A stretch of 63,574 nt of DNA, the filler included, from Rhabdomonas costata (taxonomy: Eukaryota): assembly GCA_019059605.1 (NCBI GenBank). It is 43 parts of 43 records of this genome, joined end to end, with 100 filler letters (N's around TTAATTAATTAA, not from the genome) between each part and the next. Parts side by side here need not be neighbours in the genome. Positions count along the whole stretch, not along the records: positions 23,693 to 25,073 come from JAHMHO010017645.1; positions 25,174 to 26,554 come from JAHMHO010017646.1; positions 26,655 to 28,035 come from JAHMHO010017647.1; positions 28,136 to 29,516 come from JAHMHO010017648.1; positions 29,617 to 30,997 come from JAHMHO010017649.1; positions 31,098 to 32,477 come from JAHMHO010017650.1; positions 32,578 to 33,957 come from JAHMHO010017651.1; positions 34,058 to 35,438 come from JAHMHO010017652.1; 35 more parts are not named here. One strand, written 5' to 3'. Within the stretch, counting starts at the first letter, position 1; every line of letters starts with the position of its first letter. The notes below the pieces were generated by a model. That model worked only from the letters and a program-made list of their open reading frames with translations. It had not been told where the DNA came from and ran no database searches. Below, piece by piece: positions 23,696-36,192 of this stretch. The translations under genes were made by a program, and so were the position numbers.

Positions 23696-25073
23696 TTTGT
23701 GGAGCTGACGGAAATTGAAGTGGAGCGTTCCTCAGAACAACTGGCTGACTTTCAAAGGCGCCTTCATCAGCTGCTGCCTTGGATGGCATCCTACCTTTGC
23801 CAGATGTCGAAAGCCAAGCCGTTGATCGAACTCTTCCGCGAGCAGACCGACTTTGCCCACACACTGAACATGGTTTGTGAGAACCTGCAGGGAAATGAAG
23901 ATGCGCTTGACCTGATGCATCGCCTGGAGGAGCTGTTCCAGGTGTCCCGCCCTGTGCTGGCGTGCCTGAAGCAAAGGGATGTCCAGGCCCCGAGGATAGC
24001 ATTCTTGGAATTTATCAACGAGCTTCGGGACACAGCGGAGCCAGATTTCATGGTAAACGCCGCCAATACTGTTCCCGATCTGCTTCTTCGGCTGGCCGAA
24101 ATGCGAGGTCACATTGAACGCACCCTCATGGGCTCTGCGGACAACATTGCAGCCCTTGTGCAGGGGTATCTCCGGCACGGTGTGCTGACGAGTTACTTGG
24201 CCCGCTCGGAGAACGGGGCCTGCCTGGTCTTCTCGGAGCGTAAGCCTGGCAGGGCGGGTCAGCCGGCGGTCGAAAATATCATATCCGAGGCTTATCTCCG
24301 AGACCTGGTGCATGGACTCGCACTGTATGAGCGCCGGGGCGGCCCTTCCACAAGCCTGGGACGGTTCTGCGAGCTGTACCACCTTGCCATGCGGGTACAT
24401 GAGATGCGGCTGCGTCTTGAGGCTGCGGGGCACCCTGGGTACCAGGATGATGAGCTGCAAAGCTTTGAGATTTTGCTTTCTAGTGCGGAGGTCGGAACTT
24501 TGAACAAGGACCTTGTTGCGAAGATCAAAGAGCTGACTGAGTTTGAGACAGGGTGGAGCGACACGGTCTCCACAGCCCAGGATGCCCATCCCCGGCTGCT
24601 GTTCTTGGGGCCACGGCAACTTTCTCGCTTTCTGGAACTTCTGAAGGTCCTTCCCCCTGAACCTTCGGATGCCGAGCTAGTCCGGCTGCTGCCCTATGCA
24701 CGGACCTGTTTCAGCGACCACATTTCCAGTGAGCACACCACCATTGGGGAGGAGGCCGATGCCACATGGGTGGTTTTGGAGGATCTTCGCGCAGCGCTGC
24801 CCCCTGCTGAGGATCGGGCAGGCCTTGCGGGCAACTCGTTGGAGCTGTATGAGCAGCAGCTTGGGGTTGCAGGGGCGCTCCTGGATAAGTTGGCTGCAAA
24901 TCTGGAAAAAGCGGGGGCTAAGCCGGTGTCCGTGCATTCTCAGCGGGCTCCAGTTCAGGTGTACTTGATGTCCGAGCCCAAGGAGAGCGACATCTTCGCT
25001 CTTCTTCTGCAGCTGCATGAGGGTGATTTCCCCACCCCCACGGTGCTTCCGCCAGCGTTTATTTTGGACTGTC
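23696..25073 (+). CDS. Intronless fragment of a large RNF213 (mysterin)-like protein
   Basis: Open frame of ~460 codons across the whole contig with GC3-rich codons; LRLEAAGHPGY..W..VSTAQDAHPRLLFLGPRQL recalls the RNF213-like segment upstream of the AAA+ modules. Confidence 0.55.
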
Positions 25074-25180
25074 NNNNNNNNNNNNNNNNNNNNNNNNNNN
25101 NNNNNNNNNNNNNNNNNTTAATTAATTAANNNNNNNNNNNNNNNNNNNNNNNNNNNNNNNNNNNNNNNNNNNNGGTGTGT

Positions 25181-25316
25181 GGGCCATCGCCCCTTTGGGA
25201 CGATCTACACCATTCTGAGCAGCACCTCCTCCTCTTCGGGGAACAGGGAGTACTGCTGAATGAGACGGCCCGTCCTGCTCAGAATGGTGTAGATCGTCCC
25301 AAAGGGGCGATGGCCC
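25181..25316. repeat. 42-bp inverted repeat (fold-back chimera truncating the ART gene)
   Basis: 25181-25222 is the reverse complement of 25275-25316; the switch occurs at a CTGCTC microhomology inside coding sequence. Confidence 0.9.
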
Positions 25317-26554
25317 CCGCAACCCTCGTTCAGGAAGCTTCGTACCACCCGTGGGGACTTCGACGCGCTGCTCAGTTGGTTCCTTGAACAAAGAAAAACG
25401 AGCAGCGGAACTCATACTCGGGACAATGCTGTTCAAAAAACGGGTATTTAACAATTTAACAGTATTGTTTTTAACTGTTTGTGTGTTTAGGAAAGCGGAA
25501 GGTGAGGATCCTTTTGTGCTTGCATGCTTGTATGCGGGTGAGCGGAAGGAAGCAACCGTGAGGACCCATGTATGAACCAGAAATTCTTACTGAGCTGACC
25601 CACTATAGGGGAAGGTGGCGACGACAACTCCATTCCCCGAAACAAAATACGCACCACGTCACGACGGAGCCCTCCCGGAACAGCGACGCCGGAGGATGAA
25701 AGTCCACCGCACGGTACACCATCGCCTCCTGCGGGGGCAGAGACATCAGGTCGTCGTGCAAAAGGCGGCTCAGGGCTTCCCACTTGGCGAACGCGGCGCG
25801 GTCCCTCCCAGCCTCCCGGGACGCCTTGTTCAGCAGCCGGTAGTAGGGGGACTCCAGGGTGTACAGGGTTATGGCGGAATGCTGAGCCCCCTTCCGTATG
25901 GACTCGCTCAGGATGTACTCCGCCGTTGTGGGTCGGGGCGGAAAGGCCTTCCGTGGGTCCTCGTCAGGGATCAAGGGGTGGTTCTCATTCATGTGCTCTG
26001 TGAAGTTGTCACTGGTGCTCCTGTCGCAGATCGGGCACACCCGGAAGAACATCTTGCTCTCCTGCACAGCCCAGTTCCAGTCCACCGTGGCCAGCGCCTC
26101 GGCCAGGCTCGCGGGCCGCGGATAGCTCTCAAAGTTGTGCAGGACTCCGTCATCGATGACCTCCAACCCATCCTGGGTGCGGTTCTCACGCATCAAGGGC
26201 ACGTTGGCGGCAGGGCAGTGGCAGTCCAGCGTGTGCACGGCAGTGCCCAGGGCGACCACAGACTTCTGTAGGGCCTTCCGCTGGGTGGCGTTGAGGGAAA
26301 GCAGCGGGACCATGTGGGTAACTTCCTCGACAATGCCCAAGACAACCCTCCACAGCAGGGAGCCCTCACAGCGGCCGCACTCACTGGCTTCCTGCGACTC
26401 CTTAATCCGGGTGCTGACCTCGTTCCCACGGGACAACAGCAAGGCCAGGTGCCCCGTGAACAGCTCGACTTTCAGCGGTTCAATCAACACTGCATGGAGC
26501 GAGAAGAAGGCTTGTTCAACTGGCTCAAATGTTCCCAAATGCTCAAAACCCCAC
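25217..26554 (-). CDS. C2H2 zinc finger + R-S-E-class ADP-ribosyltransferase (exons 26554-25655 and 25382-25217)
   Basis: CPICDRSTSDNFTEHMNENH, then AITLYTLESPYYRLLN..VYRAV..VVTW|NQLSSAS..GTIYTI..IQQYSLFPEEEEVLL. GT-AG intron 25654-25383 splits the Trp codon. Confidence 0.9.
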
Positions 26555-27340
26555 NNNNNNNNNNNNNNNNNNNNNNNNNNNNNNNNNNNNNNNNNNNNTT
26601 AATTAATTAANNNNNNNNNNNNNNNNNNNNNNNNNNNNNNNNNNNNNNNNNNNNAGGTTTTGGGGAGAAATTTCTGATGACTTGCGATTTCACCATAAAA
26701 AGCAAGTTTGGTGCGAGAGCACTTTTGTCCGTGCGACTTCATCGGCCGGTTGAGCAAAGATAATTCAATGCCCTTCATTGTGAGTGATCGCCTACATTCT
26801 GCCTTCAGAATATAAAGACTCCGGAAAGTACGGGAGGTTCCCAGAGCAGTGCCTTTCCCTTTTCTGGCTCAGACATGGAGGGGAGTCACCACCTCAATGC
26901 TGGGTCGCCTCCATTTGTTGTGAACGATTTACTTAGGATGGCGAGGATACTGGGTTCCGCTTTAAAAACCTGTGGACCCAGAAGGATGTGAATTTTTATC
27001 GTGCAAATATCACTGCAGTGGGTTTTTGACATCCTAAGCCTTCAATGTATTTTATTTGCTTCCCCATTGTTCTCCAAGCGCACCTGTTGTTTCCTTTTTC
27101 TAAGGTAGTTTACACAGTTAACCCACGCTGAATCCATGCTTTTCAGTCCTTGCCGCTCTGGAGCGAAGTGGAAAACTTCCCGTGCCTATATGGAAGCCCG
27201 TCGGTTAGTAGTGTTCCAAGAACCACTGCAAACTGTTGCATATAAATTCTGGGTTTTGAGATGTGTCTTAACTCATTAATATTACGGTGAGAGAGGCAGA
27301 GGGAGGGAGAGAGATCGACGCGCCCCCCTTGGCCTTACAG

Positions 27341-27627
27341 AGAACAACGTCATTGACGCCCGCTTCATCAGCCGCCGCACCGGGGCCTTTGTTGACATTG
27401 TCGCGTACTCCCCTCCCAATGCCGGGCTGCGTTCCGCGGCCCTGTTCCTGGAAGAGTTTGAGGACGGCCTGAGCTCTGCGATGATCCGAGACAAGAGTGG
27501 GCATCTGTGGTTCAGCGCCGTTCTGTTACCGCTGCGGAGGACAGAGTGGATGGGGGGCATCCCTACGTGGGTGCCCAACCAGGTGGAGCCGAAGCTGCAT
27601 GGAGTGTACGGCCCCTCCAGCACAACG
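27341..27627 (+). CDS. LicD/MNN4-family phosphotransferase exon
   Basis: NNVIDARFISRRTGAFVDI..DKSGHLW..LLPLRRTEWMG..WVPN..VYG matches MNN4/LicD 'NVIDAR.ID..TG..IDI..LFPLR..FEG..P..YG'; TACAG acceptor and GTGTGT donor. Confidence 0.8.
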
Positions 27628-28160
27628 GTGTGTGCAGCCCCCACCGAGCCATGGACGCTCCTTTTCGATCACATTCAAAAAGAAAACCGGGCCAGATCAT
27701 TACATTGATGTTGCAGTCGTCATTGAGACCACAGGCAAACAGGTTAAAACAATGCAGCTGCACTCGAAAGGACGGAGGGACGGAGGAAGGGAAGGAGTGA
27801 GAGACCGCAAAGAAGCCAGCTTAAATAAATGCGTGAATATGAAATCCTGGAAACCGTTGCACACCATATCTATTTACAATAGTGGTTACCCTCAAACGCA
27901 CGCGTATAAGAATAACAAGGGAGTAAAAAGGGGACGCCGTCAGTCAAAAATTGAGGCGGATGTTCCAGTATCGATTGCACTGTCGTGACTTCGCTCTCCA
28001 CCTCTTATTGAGTGTTGACTAATTCCCACCACCACNNNNNNNNNNNNNNNNNNNNNNNNNNNNNNNNNNNNNNNNNNNNTTAATTAATTAANNNNNNNNN
28101 NNNNNNNNNNNNNNNNNNNNNNNNNNNNNNNNNNNGGGTGGGTGGGGGGATGGTGTCCAG

Positions 28161-28515
28161 GCTGAGGCTGACCACAGGGAAGAAGCACCAGACGGATGCG
28201 GAGCGGCTTGGGGTGGAGCTGGAGCAGCACCGCCGGGCCCAGGCCCAAGTGGAAGAGGAGTGCGCTGAGCTGCGACTGAGGCTGCAAGCCATGATTGAGC
28301 AGCAGCAGAGCTCCAGCTTCACCGCAGTGACCGCAGCCGCCGGTGAGGAGGACCCCCACAAGCACGAGCTGAAGGAGTCCCTGCTGGCGGCACAGAAGGA
28401 GGTCGAGAAGCTCTCTGAGGAGCTGAGGCTGGCTGGTGCCGTTGGGCTGCACAAGGAGCAGAGGAGGGCTCCTGACGAGGAATATTCCCTGCGGCCTGTT
28501 GTCGAAAAGGGCGAG
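28161..28515 (+). CDS. Coiled-coil protein exon
   Basis: E/Q/L-rich heptads (ELEQHRRAQAQVEEECAELRLRLQ, ELKESLLAAQKEVEKLSEEL); strong GC3 bias; AG and GT borders. Confidence 0.65.
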
Positions 28516-29994
28516 GTCTCTGTGCTCTGTTGTAACCACACCACACCAAAAGTCAGTGAAACTATACACGCTACCACGCTAAAGGTCAGTGTTGAAATGT
28601 TGGTACATCCTGGGCCGAAATACGGAGAGAGAGCTGATTGCCAGGGAAACTCAAAAGCTCTAACATGAACTTCTTTGCACACGGGCACGCACTGTCGTGG
28701 GATTGTCGTGTGGGACTGTCGTGGCGTTGATTTTTTGGGTTACTGAGGGAGGAAGTGATCGTGACGGTACCGCCGCATGTTGCTAAAGATTCCGCGCTTC
28801 CGTTGGGCGAAGGCATATTCAGGGCTGCTTTTTTTTTGCATGCAGCCGAATGTTGCAGAACGCCACTCCTTGCTGCAGCAAGCCTGTCACCTCCTCCGCC
28901 TGTGCCTGTGCTACGTCCGCATTGGCAAGGCGTGCGAGTGCCTGTGTGTGTGCGTGTGTCTTTTGCCTACGCGAATAGCACGCCGAAGTCGCGGTTTTTG
29001 GTGAGCGGTGGCCGGGTTGCAAATCGGTCTTTTTTGCTGTTACTCTGCTGGTTTCTGTTGTTCTGTGGTGTTAGGAAATGCAGCCTGATCCATGCTATTG
29101 CACGTTGCAAGTGCAGATCGGTTGGTGGTCAGGTAGTACGCAGTTTAGGGAATGCCGGGGCGAGTGTGGGGGAGCTTGCTTACTTTCCTCACCTCCCTTT
29201 CCGCTCGAAGAGGGCGCCGCACTGGCCCGCACAAGCGGACCATTCCTGCTGTACACTGCTCGGCAAGTGTTTCCCAAACTGCGCTGATTCGTTGCCCCGC
29301 GGTGTCTCATTTTACTGGAGCCCCTGTATTTTCAAAGTGCTTGGATTGCTGGATTTGGATTCCGACCGCCGGTCTGCTCACATGTGGAACAACTCACGCA
29401 ATGCCTATGGCGGATTTTTATTTACTCGGAGGATACGCGGCGCTTTGATCTTAAATCTTTGCGCCTCCCCCCTCCCCCCCGAGTTGCTATGACGTGCGCA
29501 AACCGGCGGTCGGAATNNNNNNNNNNNNNNNNNNNNNNNNNNNNNNNNNNNNNNNNNNNNTTAATTAATTAANNNNNNNNNNNNNNNNNNNNNNNNNNNN
29601 NNNNNNNNNNNNNNNNCCTCGAGGATGTGGTTGTGGTGATGCTATCCGGAAAGAATCGGTGTTTGCCCACTTTGAACCACTCCCTTCTGAAGAATGGTGC
29701 AATAATGTATACACGCGAACATGTTTTTTTAATTCTACATTGTTAAAGAGCCTCCACGGGGCATTTCCCTTAAAGGAAAATCATAGAAAAATGCGCAGTA
29801 GCTTATGCCCCCTCTATCTCGTAGAGAGGGCATCAAAGCGTACGTGTTACACGATCTTTGTTTTTTTGATCCCTGGTTGACATTCCTTCGCACTCCTTGT
29901 CCAACCTCAACCTCTTACCGGAACCCTCGGCCGATGCCTGATTCCCTAGTGGCAGTCTCGGGAGTTGGGGGTGGGGTTGAATTGGAAATCGCAG

Positions 29995-30928
29995 CGAGGA
30001 GGGACTGGCGTTTGTGAACTACGCTGTGGCAAAGTACCAAATCTCGCTGATGGACTTGCGCACCCCTTTCAAAGAGACCTGGGCCACTGTGGCGGCCATG
30101 CTGCGCACCACGGTGAGGCTAACCACGCTGGATGACCTTGCACCTCACCTGAATAGGTCGGGTCCCCCCCCCCGCCTTTCCCGCAACTCCCGCTAGAACC
30201 TTTCCGACCTTCTTCATGTTTCATTGGGTTGGTGAAGCGTCACCCAGGTTAATTCAGGTTAATTGTGCTCTTTGCGCTCCGTATATGTCCTGTTCCTTGG
30301 TATTTTAATACTTCCATATCTTGGTAAGATCATTTCTGTGCAGAAGATTTGCCATAGATTTGCATTGTAATGGCACTGAACATCCCCTCCCTCCTGGCAC
30401 CCGCACACAGGATCCTCGCAGCGGACTCCTCAGGGCTGGCCGCGGTTACTCAGGCCTGTTATATCTTCGGGGCTCTTGGAGGCATCGTCGCCTGCAAGCA
30501 CAAGAGTTGCCTCTCCCAGGTAAGCCGTTTGCCTCTCTTTGGTTTTGTCCCTCATTCTTTATGAGGTGCTGGAAGCCTTTGCAGCAGTGCAAAGGCCTTG
30601 TACTTTTTGCGACCGGAAGTGGTATGGAGGTGATCAAGGACCCCCCCCCCCGCGCTCTGGAAAGGTTGAGCAGCAGCTAAAGCTGGACCTTCCGTTGAGC
30701 CTGCCGGAGATTACTGGCATCCTGGGCTTCCGGTTTCCCACCCTGGACGTGTGCACCCAAACGGTGCCACGGCTCTCGGAGGTTGGGGTGCAGGCCGTGG
30801 CCCTGATGCGCTCGGCGCCCACCCAGACTTGGGTGGGGGTGGCGGAGAAGGCCACGGAGGCCACGGTGCATGTCAGCACAACACCCATGCAGACCACGAT
30901 ACTGACCTTTACGGACGCAGAGACTCAG
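29995..30928 (+). CDS. Three-exon unknown protein (29995-30112, 30358-30519, 30566-30928)
   Basis: Two phase-0 GT-AG introns (245 and 46 bp) give a continuous translation ending in xTQT-like repeats. Confidence 0.6.
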
Positions 30929-32282
30929 GTCCGGTTTTTGCGTCCTTGTGTGTGTTTGTGTGTGTCCCCTGCCCTGACAAAGACGCAACAACCACCCNNN
31001 NNNNNNNNNNNNNNNNNNNNNNNNNNNNNNNNNNNNNNNNNTTAATTAATTAANNNNNNNNNNNNNNNNNNNNNNNNNNNNNNNNNNNNNNNNNNNNGGT
31101 TGTGGTGCTGCAGTATTGAAATGAAATGAAAGATAAAGAGCAAAGAAAGATGACGGGAGCATGTTTTCTCATTTATCCTGCAAACAAGGGAGAATGAAAG
31201 CCACTGCTCCGCGCCCAGCAAGAAACAAGAGAGGAAAAAAACCCTCCAGATTCATCACCAAAAGAAATTGAAAATGCGGTCAAAATGCAACTTGAATTGG
31301 TTGGCACAATACCTTCTTAAACAAACAGTTTCTCACGAAACCCCATCTCCACACAGAAACGTTGTCATAAACTCTTGGGCAGCAGTGCGAACGGTTCCGT
31401 AGAATGCCATAATATATAAGCGCAGTGTGCGCACACATGCCGAGTGTGGTGCACCATGAAAGAGGACTGTGGACCATGAGGGGAGAGGGGCGTGGGACAA
31501 AGGTAACTGCTAACGGTGGCTCAGCAGATGCTGTTATCTTTCAGCAGGACAAACGCAGAAAAAGTATAAAATTCCGGGCAAGTGCAAGAACGTTCAGGCC
31601 CTCGCCCTTACTTGCTCTACTGCTGTAACAAAAGAATTTTCACTTGTGAAAACGTGCAAACAGTTAAAAATTGAAAATTCCTTTTATTTACATCACCTCT
31701 ATGTTGGACTCAGGTCGGTTTTGTTCAGTATTTTCTTTCATACTCATGCAAAATTGAATTAAAAAGGAATAAAAATAGAGAAAAAATAACTACATGGTTT
31801 TTACATGGTTTTCGGACTAAAACAGAAACAAGAGCTTCTGTGTATCGCAACGTCATTGCGGAGAGGAATAAATTTAGGATTTCTAACGATACGAAACCTG
31901 GAGAGTTTTGCATGACATGACGTGAGTCATTTGTGGTGACCGCAAGCATTTCTTTGGAGCGCAAACAAATATTACATTATACAGAAAAATGTGTCTAATG
32001 TCATAAGTATAACAAGGTTCCATGAAGAACCAATTTGTCCCGTTTGGCGTAGCACGGCATTTTGCTTTCTGTTTTGCACATTTTCCTCTCTATATGTATG
32101 GGTCAGAACATTCCGGTCTTTTTGGAAGTCAGAAGCTGGAGAGGTACTTTTGAAACTAGAGTTTCTGGATGGCACTGTTAGCCTCCTTCACCACCACGCC
32201 GTTGTGTGAATCACGTCCCATGTCACTGCCACTCCCCTCACTTTGGTCATCTCATTGGTGGGATGATGATGTGTTCGTAACG

Positions 32283-32477
32283 TCAAAAAGAGGACAGTCC
32301 CTTGTGCCACTTCACGTCCACGGCGGAGTATTGGTCACAATTCCCGGCATGCTCAGCCAAATAAATGCGCCACTGCCGAACAGCCCCATCCCGGCCATCG
32401 AGGGAATTGCGTGGGGGGGAAGTATCTCTCTGTCTGAAGTCCACCTCGAGCGGGTGGCTCCGAATTTGGCCCTTCGC
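32283..32477 (-). CDS. Possible C-terminal coding fragment, unknown
   Basis: Open frame from the contig end: AKGQIRSHPLEVDF..VKWHKGLSSF then TGA. Confidence 0.25.
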   Translation of the reverse strand, partial: AKGQIRSHPLEVDFRQRDTSPPRNSLDGRDGAVRQWRIYLAEHAGNCDQYSAVDVKWHKGLSSF

Positions 32478-33484
32478 NNNNNNNNNNNNNNNNNNNNNNN
32501 NNNNNNNNNNNNNNNNNNNNNTTAATTAATTAANNNNNNNNNNNNNNNNNNNNNNNNNNNNNNNNNNNNNNNNNNNNGTTGTGTGGTCAGTTACCTCGTG
32601 TGTGTGTTTCGTCCTTGGAGGTGTGCTTGAAGGTGAATGCCAAGATGCTGTTGCTCAGATGGTTCCTTACTCACGTACAATCCCAGCACGCCCCGCAAGT
32701 GGCTTCTCCACGCCACAGTTGCGAGTGCCAGTGCCTCTCCTGAAATTGTGCACTGACAGGCTAATAATAATATTGGTCTCTATCTCCTTCAAGTCTTGAA
32801 CAGGGTCTTATTTTTTTAAGGTTTTTTTTAGGTTTTTTTTAGATTTTTAGGTCACCACGTAGTCCTTTTTCAAGTGGAATTTCAGAATCTGACGTCTCCA
32901 TCCTCCAAAGTATGGATAAAATACTTTCACAGGACGATAATGAACTTTTCGACCTCAAATTGCTTGTTTTTGGACACGGGAAAATTGGGGGAAATTCGGG
33001 CCAGAAATGAATCCTCGGTTCTGAGTGGTGTGGAAGGATAGCCAAGCCTGTTTGGTACCCGGCTCCTGCTCCCTCCGGGAAACAGAAATGCGATTGCATA
33101 CAACGCTAAGCAATGAGCTTGTGTGGTGCCCTGCCGCTTTTTCCTTCCTTTTTCTGGCGGGGATTGTTCATAAGGTCTTGTTTGGTTGTGGTGGGAAGGC
33201 ATGAGTACCTGCTTATGACTCATTGTTCATCTTCTTTACTCCGGGGTGTGCATGTGGTGAACAAATAAAACGCGGGTGTCTGCTCCTGCATGGAAAAACG
33301 GCCTTCCGGAAAAGCACCGGGCACAATTGCACTATGAGTCATCCCTCTTGTTGTGGTCTGAAAGTGATGTAAGGAAGCGGAGAAGGTGATGGGGGCTGAT
33401 TTCTTGCCAAATGACTTTCTCATTTCTTCATAGATTTGTCATTTTCCGTGCTCCCTGGGGAGATTCTCTGGTATTGGTGAGCCC

Positions 33485-33922
33485 ATGAGACCCACCGTTT
33501 CAGTCGTGACAAACCGGTTTACTCGATGCCTTGCCGGTTTTATGCTGCGTCCAGCGTCCCCATGGCCGGTCTCAACCACACTTGCGGTGAAGAAAGTTGG
33601 GCAGCGGCTGTACAGCTCCCGATCTCCGGAGCCGAATCCCATTCCACTGTCCATTGACAACAAGGAGCTGACTCACCAGGTGCACTCATTTGTCCAGAAG
33701 ATCGCCCAGTCAGGGGACGGGGGCTCCAGGCCTCGCCTCGCCGTCCTAGTGGAAATGGTTATCACTCGCTCGGAGTCCTTTGACGCTGAAGATGTGGGTC
33801 GATGTGTGGGCAGCCTGTCCAAGTCGCGTGAGTACCGCGGCGCTCGGAAGCTTTGGGAGGGCCTTGCCCATGCTGCGGTGAGGGAAACTCCAGCGCTAAG
33901 TCCAGACCTCCTGGCAATTACG
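33485..33922 (+). CDS. First exon of a putative organelle-targeted helical-repeat (FASTK/RAP/OPR-like) protein
   Basis: Basic, acid-free N-terminus ending RLYSS; repeat-like segments FDAEDVGRCVGSLSK and LSPDLLAIT; GT donor. Confidence 0.45.
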
Positions 33923-34071
33923 GTGGGTGGATTTTCGTTTGTTCCTGTTATTCGTGGNNNNNNNNNNNNNNNNNNNNNNNNNNNNNNNNNNNNNNNNNNN
34001 NTTAATTAATTAANNNNNNNNNNNNNNNNNNNNNNNNNNNNNNNNNNNNNNNNNNNNCACCCCCCCCCCAG

Positions 34072-34282
34072 GGTGTTGTATGCTGCTGAAGGTGGCCGTT
34101 GCGGGTCCAAGGTAAGGGGTGGGTAAGGTCAAACGCTCTATATCCCTTCCTCTTCCCTGCACCAGAATCGCCTTGAGACTCTGCAAAAAGACGCAGGCAT
34201 TCAGAAAAAGCCGCCACTGCAGCAAAGGATTGCTGTGGGCGACGCCTGCTGCCGAAATGGCTGCCATGTCGACGGCCCATGA
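34072..34282 (+). CDS. Last two exons of an unknown gene (34072-34111, 34166-34282)
   Basis: AAG|GTAAGG donor, pyrimidine-rich CAG acceptor, phase-consistent frame ending in TGA. Confidence 0.35.
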
Positions 34283-36192
34283 GATGACATGTGGGCCTCT
34301 GGATTGCCCGGAGCACTGTGTGCTGGCAAGGGACTCTTCCCGATTTACTCTGCTGTGAATCCCATGTTTGATAGACCTGCAAAGGTGGAGTTGACAGCTC
34401 CCGCACTTTCCGTAGTCTGTTGGTGGTGAGTTGCTTCAACAACAACACACGTGGCACTTGACATGTTCCACTGGTTTGGTGCCTTTTGTCAGTAATGAGG
34501 GAATTCTGCGGTACATTTTTGTTTGAATGGGTAGCCGTTTTATGTAAGTTTGTTCAATGGGATTGCTTCGGAATGAGATGGCGTTCTCCACTGAAGCAGG
34601 ACAAATACACGTTCTGGTGCTAAGGAGGCACAATTTTCTGGTCGTTCGCTCACGCATCGAACGTTTTGGCTCTGAGTCTAAAGGCTCGTAATAGAAACAT
34701 TCATTGCCTTGCATCCTGAGTACGATGTGTGATTTTTGGTGTGCAGCACAATCGCACACGCCATCAGCTAAAAGCGATTTCTCGATATATTTCTGCAAAT
34801 GTTAGGGAGGAATGGAAGAGGATAAACTATAACGGAACCGTTGAAATGGGTGTATGTTGGTGTAATGGGGTGAACTGTGCCACTGCAACAAAACGTTTCT
34901 TTTGGGTGAGGGTAGCACCCCGGTCCTACTAAAAGATATGGGTTTTGGTCTTTGGTGGAGGACTGGGGCTGAATTAGTAATGCGTGTGGGGCGGCTGGCG
35001 CGGCAACGTGACCCCAGTGGGTTGTATTGGTCGTCCTCGAGAAAAGACTTTTTTCACCGGTAGCTGTGACTGCCCCCCCCTCCAACCTCAAGAGCACCCC
35101 GTTTCGGCTGGGCAGTGTGGTTTTTTCCGTATGGTTCTTTTTCCCGCACCCGCGAGCCCTGGAACTGGCAATAACCCAAATGCACAGTCACACAGTCACG
35201 GTGTATCACGTGCAGCGTCAACGTGGCCACGGAGAAAAGGTTTCGCGCAGACACATTACATGGGAGGGCGGGAGGGTGTATTCCGCACAGCCTGCCAAGA
35301 CAAAGAAAAAAGGGTCTGTTTTATGCGATCATTTTTTCCCTTCTCCCCACTTTTTCATTATCAGCCCTTTCACGAACCACCCTTGTGCCGGAGTCTCTCT
35401 CTCCCTCCTTCTCTTCTCTTCTTTCCTCCACAACCCCCNNNNNNNNNNNNNNNNNNNNNNNNNNNNNNNNNNNNNNNNNNNNTTAATTAATTAANNNNNN
35501 NNNNNNNNNNNNNNNNNNNNNNNNNNNNNNNNNNNNNNGTTGGGTTGTGCCGGAATGCTTCGGTTTAGAGCCACGGCAGAGGCCATTCAGGGCCGTTTTG
35601 GGGTATCTTTGAGCCCTTTTTGCCTTCACACAGGCTTGCAAGGGCCCCTTTTGGCCCTTTGCAGGCCTGCGTACTGATAAGAGAAAGAACTGTAGGCTGG
35701 CGCACCGTCTGCCCACCTGCACGCCGGTGTGCCAGGAACGATTTATATGATTGTCATCGTGCTCTGCAGGCGGATAATTTGGTCTTGCCATGCCCCCTGC
35801 AGTTTTTGTTCGCACCCACGAGAAAGAGGGAAAGACAGGCCTTCTTTCTGCCGCTGCTCGCCGAAGGCACGAGATTTTTTATCACAAATTCTGCAGCAAC
35901 ATGGAATGCAACTGGATGGTGCATGAAGATTGTGTGACATGCTGTACACACAAAGGTAGCATTCTCGGTTAAAATAGAGCACGGGGAACATTCCCTGGTT
36001 CAAAGTTTACCGCGTGCCGCCCTTCTCCCAAAAAAGCACTGGGCCGAAAGACCGAAAACAAGGTGGCACGCATTTTACCAAGCTCGCCATCCAGAGGCAC
36101 AACGGTCGGTTTGCTGTTTTCCCAGTTCTAATCCTCGTGGAGGCCGGACTGTGGCGAGGTGGCGAGGGCGGAGAATGGGAGAGTAGACAGAC

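Noticed and set aside
23693..26554. RNF213-like gene next to ART gene as a defence locus
   Set aside because: They are on different contigs separated by a linker; adjacency reflects length sorting.
28755..29492. 245-aa ORF and similar long track ORFs (4579-5484, 16689-17411, 46573-47334)
   Set aside because: Low-complexity or intron read-through frames without coding bias or recognisable motifs.
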